Origin: Phycisphaerae bacterium
GTDB taxonomy: Bacteria; Planctomycetota; Phycisphaerae; UBA1845
Assembly: GCA_046757145.1 (NCBI GenBank)
Contig: JBHHXS010000001.1
Location: forward strand, 1-35,242
DNA length: 35,242 bases
Direction: 5' to 3'
Under the pieces are notes generated by a model, which worked only from the letters and a program-made list of their open reading frames with translations, did not search any database and had not been told where the DNA came from. The translations under genes and the position numbers were made by a program. Below, one piece after another: positions 8,396-16,438 of the stretch. Positions within the stretch are counted from its first letter, which is position 1. Each line of letters begins with the position of its first letter.

Positions 8396-9846
8396 ACCGC
8401 CCGGTCCGCGCGTCGCCGTCGCGAGGTGCGCGTCCGCCTTCTCAGCAGCATGTCCCAGATTGGCCCGCGATGTCCCATGCGGTGGAACACGTTGAGCCTC
8501 TCGGCGTCCTGCTGCGGGGGATAAATGCGGTCCGGGCGCCCCGCGAACGCCTCCAGCAACGCTTCGTGCACGCGTTGTCGGGACAGCTCAGGAGAGAAGT
8601 AAAACCGTGGGTTCAACAGGTCGTCATCCGCGGGCGCCAGCCCCTGGGCCAGGGCCAGACGGTGAACCCCGGTTCCCGGCAGGATGCGAACTCCGCAGTA
8701 GGCGAATACGACACAATCTGCCAGTCGTCCAATGTTCGCGATTCCCTGCTCCAGGGTCTGCTCCGTCTCGCCCGGGCCACCGAAGATGACAAAGTGGGCG
8801 TTGTTTATGCCGGCTTCCGCGAACAGACTGTTGCTCCGCTCCGCCTGGTCCCAGGTGAAGTCTTTTCCCATGTGTGCCAGCGTGGTGTCGCTGGCGCAGT
8901 CGGTCCCCCACTCCACGGAATGGAGACCAGAACGTCTGAGCAGGGCTATCTCCTCCCGGTCGAATTGCTGCGGGCGAAAGAACGCCATCCACGGGACGTC
9001 GACGCTGCGGCGCACCAGTTCTTCTGCTATGCCCAGATACCGGCCATGGCGGTCGTTGAAAACCGAGTCAGCCATGGCATAGTAGTTCGCTCCGTACCGC
9101 TTTATAAGCGACTCGATCTCGTCGACCACGGCCTCGACGGGGCTGAAGCGGTACGTGCGCCCCTCGAGCACGGGATATGTGCAATAGGCGCAACGGTGAG
9201 GGCAGCCACGCTTGGTCTGCACGTTGAGCATGCCACCATCACGCAGATAGAATGATGCCAGCGCGGGATCACGGCTGTTACATGAAAACTGCTCAGGAGG
9301 GATGACGCGGCTGCTATGAATGACCCGCTCTGCCGGACGATCGCCTGACTCAAGCAGCTCCACCAGCTCGCAGAAGGCGCCCTCACCCTCGCCCACAACT
9401 CCGTAGTCCGCCCCGACGCGATCCACCAGCGAATCCGGGAACAGTGAGAACCCTGCCCCGCCCAAAACGATGGGACGGTCCGTGTGGGCCCGCAGCGCCT
9501 CAACCAACTGCGCTGCTGTGAATCCCGCTCCCGGTCGCACCGGCGCGTCGAGCTCCCTGTCCGCATACGCGATCGGGCACGACGAGTCACAGTTGTCTAT
9601 ATTTCGCAGCGAGATCCCTATCACGTCAGGGTTGAAAGACTCGCGGGCCATCGCCTCCCACATCGTAGCACAGGTGCTTGCTGCGTCGACGATCTTTTCA
9701 TGCGAGCCGACGGCATGGAGCGGGTCCCACTCCCGCACGGTATGGCCTCGTGCCCGCGCTGCCTCGGCCACCAGTGTCATTCCCAAGGGGTATACGGGAT
9801 ACGGTTCACGAGCGAAGTTGCAGGAGATGAGCAGTACGTTGGCCAT
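8392..9846 (-). CDS. B12-binding domain radical SAM enzyme (rSAM-2, 'lipid biosynthesis B12-binding/radical SAM' type)
   Basis: N-terminus MANVLLISCNFAREPYPVYPLGMTLVAEAARARGH (B12-binding fold). CX3CX2C motif TKRGCPHRCAYCTYP. Start ATG 9844-9846 overlaps the upstream stop (TAATG). Confidence 0.9.
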   Translation of the reverse strand: MANVLLISCNFAREPYPVYPLGMTLVAEAARARGHTVREWDPLHAVGSHEKIVDAASTCATMWEAMARESFNPDVIGISLRNIDNCDSSCPIAYADRELDAPVRPGAGFTAAQLVEALRAHTDRPIVLGGAGFSLFPDSLVDRVGADYGVVGEGEGAFCELVELLESGDRPAERVIHSSRVIPPEQFSCNSRDPALASFYLRDGGMLNVQTKRGCPHRCAYCTYPVLEGRTYRFSPVEAVVDEIESLIKRYGANYYAMADSVFNDRHGRYLGIAEELVRRSVDVPWMAFFRPQQFDREEIALLRRSGLHSVEWGTDCASDTTLAHMGKDFTWDQAERSNSLFAEAGINNAHFVIFGGPGETEQTLEQGIANIGRLADCVVFAYCGVRILPGTGVHRLALAQGLAPADDDLLNPRFYFSPELSRQRVHEALLEAFAGRPDRIYPPQQDAERLNVFHRMGHRGPIWDMLLRRRTRTSRRRRADRAV

Positions 9847-11156
9847 TACTCTTGCTCAGTTGATTGACGAGGCGTCGGCTCCCGGCTGCAAACCAGCTCC
9901 GGCCCGCGGCGCAGCCGGCGTCCACCCCCCGCCCTCGCGGCGCGCACATAGGTTCCGTCCTCCATTTCTCGCACAAGGACCTTGCGGAACAACTCGCCCA
10001 TCTTGATTTCCTTGTTGGCTGATGCGTAGAACTTATCCCAGGCGTAGTAGTACATTTCTTGAAGTCGAGCGGGTGACATCCGTTTAGGCGTGAACACCAC
10101 GCGGTCGCACGTGTAGTCCCTCCAATCGCTGCTCAGGATTCGCTTCTCCCGCTCCAACTGCGCGCGGATGGACGTGTGGGGGAAGGGTGTCAGAATCGTA
10201 AACTCCGCCAGGTCCAGTTCGATCTCAAGCAGGAAGTCGACAAGTCGTTTTATGTAATCCTCATCGTGGCCGTCGGTGCCGAGAATGATCGTACCTTCGA
10301 CAGCGATACCATGGTCTTTGTACTTCTTCACCCGCCTGCGTATTACGTCGGAGGTGTCGAAGATGGCCTGGTAGACGTACCAGCACCCCGCCTGGTAGGC
10401 GAGGTCGAGCAGGTCGTCATCGTTCTCAATCGGGTGGCTAACCCATTTTCTCTTGAGTGGAATCAGCGCCCTGAACAGGCGCTCCTGCCACTCGTGATCC
10501 TGGGCCAGCGAGTTGTCGACGAAAAACAGGCGATTGTTGCTGATCGACATGATCTCCTCGACAACTCGCTCGATCGGGCGTGGACGGAAGCGGCACCCAC
10601 CGAGAAACGGAGTGCAGCAGGGGAAGCAATTGAAGCGGCATCCGCGAGAGGCGTGAATCAAATCCAGCATGCGTACGCCGCGATACACGTACTTGTCGTA
10701 GTCGAGAATGTTGCGGCGTGCTGTGCCTACCAGATCGATCAACGGAAAATCGGTGAGATAATCGTACACTCGAGCCGGGCGCCGGTTCTTGAGATCATCG
10801 ATTACGCCTGGCAGCCGCCCCTCGACTTCCCCGAGAAAAACACTGTCGACGTGGGCTGCGAGCTCCTCTGAGTGAAGCATGGCTGCTATACCGCCCGCCA
10901 GCACCGCGATGCCCCGCCGGCGATAATGGTTCGCGATCTCTATCGCCCGCGGCAGTTGTGCGGTCAGCATGATCGAAAGCGCCACCGCGTCCGGGTCGTC
11001 ATCCAGGTGGAGGTCCGCGACGTTCTCGTCCACGAACTCGAGCTGGACGTCATCGGGTATTTCTGCCGCAACGACTACCGGCGCGTGCGGCGGCAGATGG
11101 AATGGAGTCTGCCGCTCAAGCTTGCGCCATTTGGGATAGATCAGTTTCAGTATCAT
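9846..11156 (-). CDS. B12-binding domain radical SAM enzyme (rSAM-3)
   Basis: CX3CX2C motif ASRGCRFNCFPCCTP. N-terminal ~150 aa Rossmann-like region (AVALSIMLTAQLPRAIEIANHYRRRGIAVLAGG). First gene after the 166-nt gap at 11157-11322. Confidence 0.85.
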   Translation of the reverse strand: MILKLIYPKWRKLERQTPFHLPPHAPVVVAAEIPDDVQLEFVDENVADLHLDDDPDAVALSIMLTAQLPRAIEIANHYRRRGIAVLAGGIAAMLHSEELAAHVDSVFLGEVEGRLPGVIDDLKNRRPARVYDYLTDFPLIDLVGTARRNILDYDKYVYRGVRMLDLIHASRGCRFNCFPCCTPFLGGCRFRPRPIERVVEEIMSISNNRLFFVDNSLAQDHEWQERLFRALIPLKRKWVSHPIENDDDLLDLAYQAGCWYVYQAIFDTSDVIRRRVKKYKDHGIAVEGTIILGTDGHDEDYIKRLVDFLLEIELDLAEFTILTPFPHTSIRAQLEREKRILSSDWRDYTCDRVVFTPKRMSPARLQEMYYYAWDKFYASANKEIKMGELFRKVLVREMEDGTYVRAARAGGGRRLRRGPELVCSREPTPRQSTEQE

Positions 11157-11263
11157 TTCGCCGCCTTATCTGCCTTACCGCTTATTGTCCAACTGGGACC
11201 AACGCATCTCCGGGCTTGGGTGTCTCGCGATCTCCCGTCGCTGACACCCCCCTTTGATCACTA

Positions 11264-11277
11264 CCCCTGGCCAGGGG
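11264..11277. repeat. perfect 14-nt palindrome CCCCTGGCCAGGGG in the only sizeable intergenic gap of the cluster
   Basis: Read directly from the sequence. Flanked by C6 (11246-11252) and extended by G-run to 11279. No adjacent U/T tract. Confidence 0.6.
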
Positions 11278-11322
11278 GGAAGGCGCGGGACACGCGCGTA
11301 GTCACTGATGCTGCTCCTGCGA

Positions 11323-13248
11323 TCACTGACGACTGGGCGCCTCACCGAACAGCTCCAGTATTGAAGCGATGCCACGCACGCCGTCCAGTATGACGCTGTC
11401 CCGTGTACATCTGATCCATCTAACCGCACCTGCGGATGCCCGCGGCCTGCTCTCTAGGACGACAAAAACCGCGCCCGGCAGGTCGTCCCCGTCGGCATCT
11501 AGAGCCACCGGCATATCGCCGACCGGGCCGTCGAGCCAACCGGCGATCATGACGGGCGTCAACCGGTCGGCCATTAGGCGCATGGCCGTGCGCAGCGCCG
11601 CAATACCCCTTCCGCCCGCTTCCCCAACGCACAGCGTCGGGCCGGTGAGCTTGAAGCTAAGGGCACATTCCCCCTGCATGATGCAGGGAAGCGTATACGA
11701 GAACAGGTTCGGGCTAGCGAGCGCTCCCCCGTCACAGCGGGCCGTCTCGTAATAAACGCTGTCGGTCACGAGGCACTCTCGCCTGCTCGAGCTGACGACG
11801 CCGCTTGGACATACATCGTTCCCGTCCCGGAGTCGTGCATCGACCAGGGCTAAAGACACCGCACTGCACCCGAGTTTGGTGTACGTATCAAACCGGCCGT
11901 AGCGATTCGGGCGACGCTCGAATATTTCGTCAGGAGGCGGAATCTCAGCACGTCCGGGACCGAGGACCGGAACGGTTCGGTCGCGCAGGCGGCCGTAGCT
12001 GTTCGCGGCGATCCATCCTCCGCCGGTGACAGCGACCTGGAAGTCCTCTTGCCGTACGTCGACGCAGATACGCGAGCGCTTGTGCGCGCGACGATGAGGC
12101 TCGTGCCCTTCGTGGGGCGAGTCCTCCAGCCCGGCTTCGAACACCAGGGCCGCGTTCACTCCACCGAATCCGGAGTTCACGGTAACGATGTTGTCGCCCG
12201 CGAAGGCCTGCGGAGTACCTGCAGCCCTTCCAACGGCGAGCGGCTCCGGTGTCGCCAGCCCCGACGTTGCGGGCACGGTCCGGTTGGCGAGCGCCTTAAG
12301 GCAGATAGCAGCTTCGATGCCACCTGCTGCGCCCAGTGTATGCCCGATCGCCCCTTTGACCGAGAACACCGGGAGAACACGCCCGCCAAAGACCGACTCA
12401 ATAGCGCGCAGTTCCATCGCGTCGTTGTATGCTGTGCCGGTGCCGTGTGCGCACAACGCTTCGACCCCGTCTTGTGACAGGCCGGCACGCAACAGTGCCA
12501 TCCGAATCGCCGTAGCAAGCCCGGTGCCGTCGCGCGATGGGCCCGTGATATGGTTGGCGTCATTGGCTATGCCCCATCCGGTCAACCTGGCCAGCGGCGA
12601 GTAACCGTGCTTCGCAACTACTTCAGCGCTTGCAAGCAGTATTACCACCGCCCCGTCGCCCAGGCTTAGACCGTCCCGTTTTACGTCGAACGGCCGGCAG
12701 GTCGTCGGCGACAGGGCCCCAAGGGCAGCGAACCCGGCGAAAGTGAAATGACTTACCGTGTCGGCTGCGCATACTAAAACCGCCGGGTGCTCTCCCCGAG
12801 CGATCATCTGAGCAGCGACGGCAAGACCCACCGTCGACGACGCACAGGCTGCGTTCACCTCCATCCCCCGGTCTTCTATGCCCAGCTTGGTGCAAACCCA
12901 CCTGCGGTGCTGGCATGGAAGATAGATGTCGGGTACTTCACCTGCCGCGGCTAGGGCCTCGACGTATTCGGCATTGCCCTTCACACCCGCCCAGATGACG
13001 AAGGTCTCGGTAGGCACCGGACGTAGCTGGTCAAGCGCGGTGCCCATCAAAGCGCAAACCCGATTGGGCTCCGTTCCCCGATTCAGGCTGCTGATGCACG
13101 CCGCGCTGTGACACCCAAACGCTTCGGTGCTGAACCCGCGCACTGGGTCTATGGCGCTATGCCCCTCGATGATCCGAGGCCATAGCTCGTCCAGTGAAGC
13201 GCCCAGGGCGCAGACAATTGCGCCGTCGGCAACGTATACCGCACTCAT
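11323..13248 (-). CDS. ketosynthase fused to a C-terminal truncated Cys-less KS-like (CLF-type) domain (KS-C/CLF fusion)
   Basis: N-terminal ~390 aa carry the full triad (NAACASSTVGLAV, LCAHGTGTAYND, KGAIGHTLGAAGGIEA). The C-terminal ~240 aa resemble the N-half of a KS (ASPNLFSYTLPCIMQGECALSFKLTGP) without the nucleophile motif. Start set at ATG 13248, in an ATGA overlap with the dehydratase stop. Confidence 0.85.
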   Translation of the reverse strand: MSAVYVADGAIVCALGASLDELWPRIIEGHSAIDPVRGFSTEAFGCHSAACISSLNRGTEPNRVCALMGTALDQLRPVPTETFVIWAGVKGNAEYVEALAAAGEVPDIYLPCQHRRWVCTKLGIEDRGMEVNAACASSTVGLAVAAQMIARGEHPAVLVCAADTVSHFTFAGFAALGALSPTTCRPFDVKRDGLSLGDGAVVILLASAEVVAKHGYSPLARLTGWGIANDANHITGPSRDGTGLATAIRMALLRAGLSQDGVEALCAHGTGTAYNDAMELRAIESVFGGRVLPVFSVKGAIGHTLGAAGGIEAAICLKALANRTVPATSGLATPEPLAVGRAAGTPQAFAGDNIVTVNSGFGGVNAALVFEAGLEDSPHEGHEPHRRAHKRSRICVDVRQEDFQVAVTGGGWIAANSYGRLRDRTVPVLGPGRAEIPPPDEIFERRPNRYGRFDTYTKLGCSAVSLALVDARLRDGNDVCPSGVVSSSRRECLVTDSVYYETARCDGGALASPNLFSYTLPCIMQGECALSFKLTGPTLCVGEAGGRGIAALRTAMRLMADRLTPVMIAGWLDGPVGDMPVALDADGDDLPGAVFVVLESRPRASAGAVRWIRCTRDSVILDGVRGIASILELFGEAPSRQ

Positions 13249-14297
13249 GCCGACTTCATCCATTCAGCGTCATCGCGCGCGTTTGATCCCCGGCCATCGC
13301 GCACGTCGAACCGTAGTGTTGCGATGTTCCCCCCTTGACTCGTCACGGATGCGCGCACCGACCGGGTGGCACCGTCGGGCGCCAAGCCGACCTCCACTAG
13401 CACGGGTTGTCTGGGAAGCACGCGACCGGTGAACTTCGCCTTCTCCACACAGGCGAGCTCCAACGCCTCCTCGACGACACCTTCCGCCAGCACGAGTGCC
13501 GTCTTCAGCAGGATGACTCCTGGCAGGATCGGGCCGGAGGGGAAATGGCCGTCGAACCCGGGAAACGCCTTGCGAAAGCTGAACTCCGCGGCAACTTGCC
13601 CCCGGGCACCGCACGGATGGATCCGTGTGCCGCTGTCGAGCACGGCCCGATGCATCCGGCTTGCTCGATCCGCGAACCGCAGCCAACGGTCAAGCGCCCC
13701 CGGACTGTGCGCACTCTGCGCTGGGTGTTTCTGAATTGCGGGCGATGTCGTGGACGCGACGGGCGGTGCCGGCAGACCGGGCTCCTCCCATACCTTCAGA
13801 ACACCGTATGCCAGCAACGTGGCACCATTGAGTACACGCGCCTCCATTATCGCCGTCTGCTCCAACACAAAGGTCTGGCGGACCTCTATCGCCAGTGAAT
13901 CATCGGCGCGTGCCGTCGCAGTCAGGTTGAGTTCCTTTATTCCCACGAGGTAGCCTGATGTGGGCCGTCCACCCGCCCGCGAAGCCTCGTATCCCCGCAG
14001 CGCAGCCGCACCCTGGGCCAGCATCTCGATCAATGCGACGCCCTCGAGCGTGCCTTGTGCATCAAGAAAGGGATTGTCGGGCGAGACTGTTGTTCGACAG
14101 CGGGCAACGCCCTCGCCGCACTCCGTCAACTCGTCCAGCATCAGCATGGCACCGCGATGCAGTAACACCCGCTCAGCCGATATGGGTGTACGGACCTCAT
14201 GGTGCACTTCGCCTACACGGTCCGCGGACCTTGGCGGCGCCGACTGCCGGCGTCCAGCCCGGTTGCTGTAGTTCTCCTTGCCGGGTGACTCACTCAC
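13245..14297 (-). CDS. double-hotdog FabZ/FabA-like 3-hydroxyacyl thioester dehydratase
   Basis: Two hotdog halves. N-half: LLHRGAMLMLDEL…GVALIEMLAQGAA. C-half: FPGFDGHFPSGPILPGVILLKTALVLAEG. GTG start overlaps the upstream stop by 8 nt; the start is uncertain. Confidence 0.8.
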   Translation of the reverse strand: MSESPGKENYSNRAGRRQSAPPRSADRVGEVHHEVRTPISAERVLLHRGAMLMLDELTECGEGVARCRTTVSPDNPFLDAQGTLEGVALIEMLAQGAAALRGYEASRAGGRPTSGYLVGIKELNLTATARADDSLAIEVRQTFVLEQTAIMEARVLNGATLLAYGVLKVWEEPGLPAPPVASTTSPAIQKHPAQSAHSPGALDRWLRFADRASRMHRAVLDSGTRIHPCGARGQVAAEFSFRKAFPGFDGHFPSGPILPGVILLKTALVLAEGVVEEALELACVEKAKFTGRVLPRQPVLVEVGLAPDGATRSVRASVTSQGGNIATLRFDVRDGRGSNARDDAEWMKSA

Positions 14298-15198
14298 CCA
14301 AGTACTCCCTCAAGACTCCCTCGACGTGCCGCCGCAGCTTCAACGCGCGGTTGCGGTCCGGGAACGAGCACGGGTCCACTGCTGGAAAAAACTCCATGGT
14401 AACGTAGGCGGGCTTGAACTCATGCGACCCGGGGGCGCACAAACGCTCCGTGCCCCTGATACAAACCGGGACGATCGGCAGGTTGCACGCTACCGCTAGC
14501 CTGAACGCACCTGACTGAAAGCGCTGCAGACACCCATCGCGTGAACGGTGCCCCTCCGCGAAACACAAAAAGGAAACACCGCGGCGCGACAACGCCACGA
14601 CCATCTCTGCCGCCTCATCGAATGAGACCCGCTCGATATCGATGTATCCCGCTCGACGCATGAACCACCCGAAGATGGGCAGGTCGAAAGGCCACGAACG
14701 CACCAGAACGGCTACGTTGGGAAGCGTCGCCAATCCGAAGAAGAAGATGTCGAACAGCGATCTGTGGTTCGTGACCATCATCACCGATCCCGTGGCTGGA
14801 ACCCGCGCCCCTTTCACAGCGGCGGAGCGCACGAAGCCATCGGCCGAACCAAGGCGATAGGCACCTCCACCTCTGCCGCATCTTAGCAGATTAGCCAACC
14901 CACGGCGCCGCAACCTTACGAAAGGCCAGAAGAACCTGACCATGAACGCCCCGTAGTACCCGTTGTGCATCCGCCATGCATCATCCCGGTCTCCGAGGTT
15001 CAGCAGCACATGGAACCCCAGGAATACAAGAAAGCACGTCTCAAACACGGCTGACAACATCGCGGCATAGAGGATGCAGACAGCGTTGACGCACCATGAC
15101 ACAGCGTGCTCCGCCGGCCCGTCAGCCCGCCCCCGCCTGCAAGGTGCGTCAGCCTTTTTCCGGTGTCTGCTGCTTACCTGCTCATAGCAAGCGCGCAT
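14290..15198 (-). CDS. PlsC-family (1-acyl-sn-glycerol-3-phosphate-type) acyltransferase with N-terminal TM segments
   Basis: Acyltransferase motifs NHRSLFD (H-x4-D), FAEGHRSRDG and PIVPVCIRG. Hydrophobic N-terminus (VCILYAAMLSAVFETCFLVFLGF). The start lies 1 nt after the upstream KS stop. Confidence 0.85.
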   Translation of the reverse strand: MRACYEQVSSRHRKKADAPCRRGRADGPAEHAVSWCVNAVCILYAAMLSAVFETCFLVFLGFHVLLNLGDRDDAWRMHNGYYGAFMVRFFWPFVRLRRRGLANLLRCGRGGGAYRLGSADGFVRSAAVKGARVPATGSVMMVTNHRSLFDIFFFGLATLPNVAVLVRSWPFDLPIFGWFMRRAGYIDIERVSFDEAAEMVVALSRRGVSFLCFAEGHRSRDGCLQRFQSGAFRLAVACNLPIVPVCIRGTERLCAPGSHEFKPAYVTMEFFPAVDPCSFPDRNRALKLRRHVEGVLREYLGE

Positions 15199-15199
15199 G

Positions 15200-16438
15200 T
15201 TAACGCGTCCGCACGACGAGCACCGCGTTCACACCGCCGAATGCGAAGTTGTTCTTGACGAACCTGCGGACGCTTCCACGTCGCCTCGTCATAACGTGAG
15301 CCAAATCCTCACACCCCTCTCCGGGAATCTCGAGGTTCAACGTGGGAATCACGTACCCGTCTTCCTGCATACACAGACAAGCTATCAGCTCGAGCGCCCC
15401 GCTGGCACCAAGGGTGTGCCCTAGATGACCCTTGAAGCTGCTGACCGGAACGCCGCGCTCCCCGAATACGAGTTTGAGTGCTGCTGCCTCCTCGCGGTCT
15501 CCTTGAAGAGTGCCGGTTGCATGGGCGTTCACGTAGTCGATGGCGTCTGCAGGCACTCCGGCGTCATCCAACGCCTGCCTCAAGCACTCAACGATAGAGT
15601 CGCGGTGCGGCTGCGCTATGTGGCTTCCATCGCTCGTCGTGGCGTAGCCGATCACCTCACCCAGAATCTCCGCTCCACGCTCCGAAGCGCTCCGTTCACT
15701 CTCAAGGACAAGTGCGCCCGCACCCTCCCCGCACACGATGCCGTCTCTATCCCGGTCAAACGGGCGCGGTGTGCGCGTCGGCTGATCGTTGAAACGCGAG
15801 GACGCCGCGTGCACCAGATCGAAGCAAGCCGTTACCATAACGTGCAGTTCGTCAGCGCCGCCGCACAGCATGATTTCCTGGTAGCCGCCTTTGATCGCCT
15901 CGACCGCGCAACCGATAGCCTGCAGCGAGGATGCGCACGCACACGCGGGCGAGTGCACCCGGCCTGGTAGGTTCAGAGCGTGTGCGAGGTTGGCCGCACA
16001 CGTATGGCTCATGAACCTGAAGAAGGTGTTGGCAGGAAGACCTTCAATCCTGCCCTTCTCGAAGCATGCCGCAAAGAACTCCTCCAGGCTGCTTGTGCTC
16101 CCCATCGTCGACGCGAAGCTCACGCCCATCCGTCTCGAGCGACAATCCGCAGGGGGGATGTGGGCACGCGCCAAGGCCTCGAGGCACGCGACGTAGGCAA
16201 GCTGGGCGACACGGCCCATCGAGCGGCGCACCGTCCGGGGAATCGACTCGGAATCGAGTGACTCGCGCAGCGGGGCCGCAACCCAGCTCGTTAGATCGCT
16301 CAGGCTGGCCTGCCACTCGTCCTTTCTGTTGACGACGGCTGAGCAACCGCTGTTCAATGAGGCCATGAGACGCTTCACCCCTATTCCAAAAGGAGAAATG
16401 GCTCCCACGCCGGTGATGACGACTTTGTTCAGCGGCAT
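15200..16438 (-). CDS. beta-ketoacyl-ACP synthase II-like ketosynthase (KS-B)
   Basis: Start set at ATG 16438 (MPLNKVVITGVGAISPFG). Triad motifs SPACACASSLQAIG, VNAHATGTLQGD and KGHLGHTLGASGALE. ORF-track start 16684 lies inside the upstream gene. Confidence 0.9.
   Translation of the reverse strand: MPLNKVVITGVGAISPFGIGVKRLMASLNSGCSAVVNRKDEWQASLSDLTSWVAAPLRESLDSESIPRTVRRSMGRVAQLAYVACLEALARAHIPPADCRSRRMGVSFASTMGSTSSLEEFFAACFEKGRIEGLPANTFFRFMSHTCAANLAHALNLPGRVHSPACACASSLQAIGCAVEAIKGGYQEIMLCGGADELHVMVTACFDLVHAASSRFNDQPTRTPRPFDRDRDGIVCGEGAGALVLESERSASERGAEILGEVIGYATTSDGSHIAQPHRDSIVECLRQALDDAGVPADAIDYVNAHATGTLQGDREEAAALKLVFGERGVPVSSFKGHLGHTLGASGALELIACLCMQEDGYVIPTLNLEIPGEGCEDLAHVMTRRRGSVRRFVKNNFAFGGVNAVLVVRTR

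Noticed and set aside
7421-9255. Long plus-strand ORFs (7421..8368, 315 aa; 8470..9255, 261 aa) antisense to the radical SAM genes
   Set aside because: Arg/Ala/Gly/His-rich with no recognisable motifs, and exactly antisense to ORFs carrying clear B12-rSAM signatures. This is a typical high-GC antisense artefact. The same reasoning applies to 678..1619(-), 21094..21864(-), 20272..21009(-), 25814..26635(+), 29922..30902(+), 10176..10871(+), 33344..33901(-) and 34578..34979(-).
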